The notes below the pieces were generated by a model, which was not told the DNA's origin, did no database searches, and saw nothing but the letters and a program-made list of their open reading frames with translations. This document shows positions 60,297 through 64,000 of a DNA stretch of 64,000 bases, in pieces. The stretch is from Podarcis liolepis (lineage: Eukaryota): assembly GCA_965112155.1 (NCBI GenBank), contig OZ218103.1, one strand, 5' to 3'. Each line of letters begins with the position of its first letter. The stretch's first letter is position 1. The translations under genes were made by a program, and so were the position numbers.

Positions 60297-62464
60297 ATCC
60301 CGCTATTTGCATTAGAAGTAGAAATCCTATTTAATGGGTTTTACAACCACACAAGCCAATAAATAGCTACCTGTTACACAACTCAAAATTTTGATACATT
60401 ATTCTGACTGAGTCACTGAGCTCTTCACCCTGATCCTCACCCACTTACACACTGCCATCAGTATGTGTACAGTGCTTTATATAAGTCCAAGAGGATAGGT
60501 GTACCTGCTTTGAAGCTCTTGCCATCTAAAATCACAAGCTGTTACATCCCATAACAGAGTGTTCCATAGGTCTATGGTGAGCAGTGAGAGAGAGAGTTAT
60601 ATTTTTATTAGTTTATAAAGCCTGCAACATGTTCATTTAACTGCCTTCCCTCTAGCTCTTTGTATTATGTGAAAATGTATTTAACTTTTTCTGATTAATT
60701 TATTATTTTAAACATCTTCGATGTTCCTTTAGCTATGTCATTTGGATCATAATCATCGTTTTGGTAAAAGCCTCGAGCCGATCATTTCATTGCTGTTTTA
60801 AATGACTATGGTGCCTTTTTGTTTTTCATTCAGCAAGAATATGAATAAGTGCTTTCGCAGATGAAATTAGTGGGCAGAAATGACTCGTTCTACCATCTCA
60901 CTTGTAAAAATATATCCTCAAATAAGAGGAGTGTTGTGCATTGAGGGGGGCTGCTGACTTTTTAAAATTACAAATGAATGTAACAAATCTATAAGTATTT
61001 ACTCTGTGAAACGTTTGGTTTTTAATGAGCAGAGCAGTGTAAATCATTGTTGATTTACATATAGATTTGTGAGATGTGGATGCTTCATATCTCTTGGATC
61101 CCAAGCTGATCCCTCTCCGCTTAGTATAGGCAGCACAAGAGGCCAACCTTTGCCAAAGTTGCCCCCCCCGGCACACCCACCCTGGGCAGCTATTGGGCAC
61201 ATTATGCCACTGATCCTCAGGAACAGGTCCAGTGACACAGCCCTACTCTCCTTTTTCCAGGGACAATAGCCCTACACATACGGTGATTATGGTTTTCTGA
61301 CAAGTAGACTTGGTCTGTTCATGCTGGTACATCCAATGGTGTGTCCAAGAGACAGAGGTGGGGTCTACCCAGCTGGCTCAGTATCTGATTCAGCTTCAGG
61401 TGCCTCCCCAGTTGCCAGGGAAATAGTGCTAATATGAGGCAGGGTAGGGGCCAGTTCAGACAGCTCTCCCTCCTCTACTGAGATATCTAGCACTATCTCC
61501 TACGTAGGTGCCAACTACCTGAGGCCCTGGCTGCCCAAGCCCCCACCAATTTCAGTGCCAGGGCCATGCACGCTGAATGGCACCCACAGCCTTGGGCACT
61601 CACGGTTGCAGCACCAAGTTGGCACTCCTGATCTCCTGACAGGCTACTCAGCTGCTCCCCAACATCAAGCTCAGCACTTTCATCCAAATCCTCCTTCCCT
61701 TCTGAACAATCATGCCAGGGAGTCTCTACAGAGCTCAAGTAATAAAATTGTATAGTTTCCACTTTGTGCATGTATGAAGCTTTGTCTGAAGCATCCAGTG
61801 GAAGTCAGTGAGACAGTCAGATACTGAGTTCAGAGGGCCCTTCATTGGTAATAGTCACACTTGTCCTAGCACTGCTCTTACAAGGACAGCACCCTCATCC
61901 CACTTTTAATGATAGGAAATGGTAACTGCATCTATTCTCAGACTTGGTATATTGGTGAGCTGTCTGAATACCGTACGTAGATGTGTTTATTATCTGAATA
62001 CTGTATCCTTTGCAGGGTCAAGATGAAATCTTCTCTTAGTGGAACAACACAGGCACAACTCTTTGTAGTCAAGCTCTCAAGACCACCAAAGGTTTCTTGG
62101 GACATGCTGTTGTTTGCTTATCTCCCTTTGATACCCTCAAGGTTTAGGTGGTCCTTATTTTTATGGCTAGCACTTAACAATCTCCTGTTCACCTCCTGCT
62201 GATGAGACTTTCTCTCATGTCCATCTTGCTGGGACAATGTTTGAGGAGTTATTTATGTTAGCCAAGGAAGAAAGGCCCCTTGGGAGAATGGAATCTTGTG
62301 GCAGGAGGTGAGTCTGACACAACGTCTCTGAATGGGAATGCATGGTAAGAATTGGAAGAGGAAAAGGGAGGGCTGCCAAATTACAGTCTCACTTTATGTC
62401 TAGCTCTGTGTCCAAACTTCAGTTTAGACAGTGGCAAGAGGAACTTAGGATATTTCCAGATCAA

Positions 62465-62465
<1 letters not shown>

Positions 62466-62503
<38 letters not shown>
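62466..62503. repeat. (AC)19 microsatellite
   Basis: Read directly from sequence. Confidence 0.97.
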
Positions 62504-62504
<1 letters not shown>

Positions 62505-62979
62505 GCCTTACAGTGACAAGTGAAAACCATTCAGGTTTACACCATTTTAGCTGGTGTCAAAAGAGTTATGAGGCCTTCAGATCTTTGCAAACTGAACTTA
62601 TAACATAAAGCTAAGGCCTCTGCTTGGTACTACTGGCCAAGAATATCTGTGAACACCAAGCTACTGAATCAGTGTGTCTACAAGGATTAGAAGTGAAGGT
62701 GAGTCCACATGGCTTTTAGCTTGTTTTGCACCCTCTTTTAAGGACCAGCTCAGCAATTCAAAAATATCAGCTGTTGGACAGTCCAAACAACACTTGTTAC
62801 TGTGGCATTGATCTAATCCCCTATTTGCAGTCTGAAGTGGTACGATTCAGGAAAGATTGTACCATGTCAAATTTCCCCCAAAAAGTATTAGATTCCTGTT
62901 TTTTAGTATCTGGGACGTAGGATATCCTTGCTTGGTTTCCGATGTCTTCTGTCCTTCAGGGATAAGTTTTATACTCATA

Positions 62980-63114
62980 TCCAGTGTATCTGAAGAAGTG
63001 TGCATGCACACGAAAGCTTATACCAAGAACTAACTTAGTTGGTCTTTAAGGTGCTACAGGAAGGAATTTTTTTATTTTGACTATGGCAGACCAACACGGC
63101 TACCCATCTGTAAC
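62980..63114 (+). mobile_element. Short Penelope-like element (pLTR) insertion, 135 bp
   Basis: ctgaagaagtg..cacgaaagct..ttagttggtctttaaggtgctac..gcagaccaacacggctac is reptile PLE terminal-repeat wording; 13-bp flanking duplication ttttatactcata (62967-62979) / ttttacactcata (63115-63127). Confidence 0.82.
62986..63023 (+). ncRNA. Minimal type-I hammerhead ribozyme motif
   Basis: Stem I gtat/atac, core CUGAAGA (62990-62996), one extra A, stem II gtgtg-catg-cacac, GAAA (63012-63015), palindromic AGCU stem III; predicted cleavage after 63019. Confidence 0.78.
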
Positions 63115-64000
63115 TTTTACACTCATAGAATTGGATGATTGACTGTTGAGTGTCAACACCAACATTTAACATAGTTTGCCCCAAGTGAAAAGGAATGACA
63201 TCAGCAGGTTTTAGAGGAAGTTGGAATCCTGAGGTAAAATCAACTGCATTGTGAAGGTTAGCGTAAGGAACATGTTGACTTATTTTGGACTGCTACCTCT
63301 ACCATTTCAGTATTCTGATCTCCATTCCATGTAAAACAATGGCAGGCTCCATGCTCCACATGGGATGGGCTCTCCCAAAAGTTCCAGAGGTTGCTTTCTA
63401 AAGTCCCCTGCACAACCAAGTTAATGAGTCTTTGTGAGACCTGGACACCCCAAAATTTCCAGTTGTACACCAACACTGAGAAAGATGTGTGTGTTCAAAG
63501 CTCTGTGCTGGCCCTTTGCCCAGGAATATTCTCAGTTACCATTTCTGCCAAATGAATGTGCCACTTCAAAGAACCTGCCTAGACCCCCTGCCAATTAACA
63601 ACAGAGCTGGTCTTTGTTAGCCACTAAAATAATATTTCCCATCCTGCAGAGAGAAGCAAACCAACAGCTCGATCAGGGAACCAGACTCAGCTAGTGGAGA
63701 GAATGATGCAGAGGGCCTCATGTATTGGGAATCTATGCAGGCAATCACAGCAAGCGGCTGTTGCCTGTTTTCACCACACTGAGGCTGAGCTGCAGTGTTA
63801 TTCTAGTTTGCCAATGACACTTTCCAAAGCTCTTTATCCTCCCTTAGCTTTCCCCAGCCCCCACCCCACCCCCTTCCTGTTGTTCCTGTTCTCTCCAGTT
63901 ATTGTCAATGCTGTAATAGAGCGATCAAAGTGCAATAAGCTAAACATGACCCATTAGTGGCGTCACTGGCATTTTTTGATTTTTTTTAAAAGAAAGAAAT

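Overview
Vertebrate, not prokaryotic, DNA. The repeat content (a Sauria/Squam1 SINE, Squam2- and Squam3-like SINEs, TA-flanked Tc1/mariner-type MITEs, hAT MITEs, and L2/CR1/RTE/L1 fragments) points to a squamate reptile, most likely a lacertid lizard (inference). I find no credible host protein-coding exon. The listed ORFs are TE remnants, low-complexity reads or chance. The window looks like a gene desert or long intron: interspersed repeats alternate with repeat-free, homeobox-motif-rich blocks resembling conserved non-coding enhancers, several with PBX-HOX plus MEIS site pairs. Conservation cannot be verified from this sequence alone. There is one 151-N assembly gap (53353-53503). Most notable: (1) a minimal type-I hammerhead ribozyme motif in a TSD-flanked Penelope-like insertion (62980-63114); (2) a young 783-bp TG..CA solo LTR with a perfect 5-bp TSD, nested in a MITE, whose U3 is one uninterrupted reading frame of about 219 codons; (3) a Tc2-like element built of tandem GC-rich palindromes; (4) a CpG-rich candidate enhancer at 46080-46820. 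Nothing here can be shown from sequence alone to be a new biological system. Family names are recognised by eye and boundaries of old repeats are approximate.
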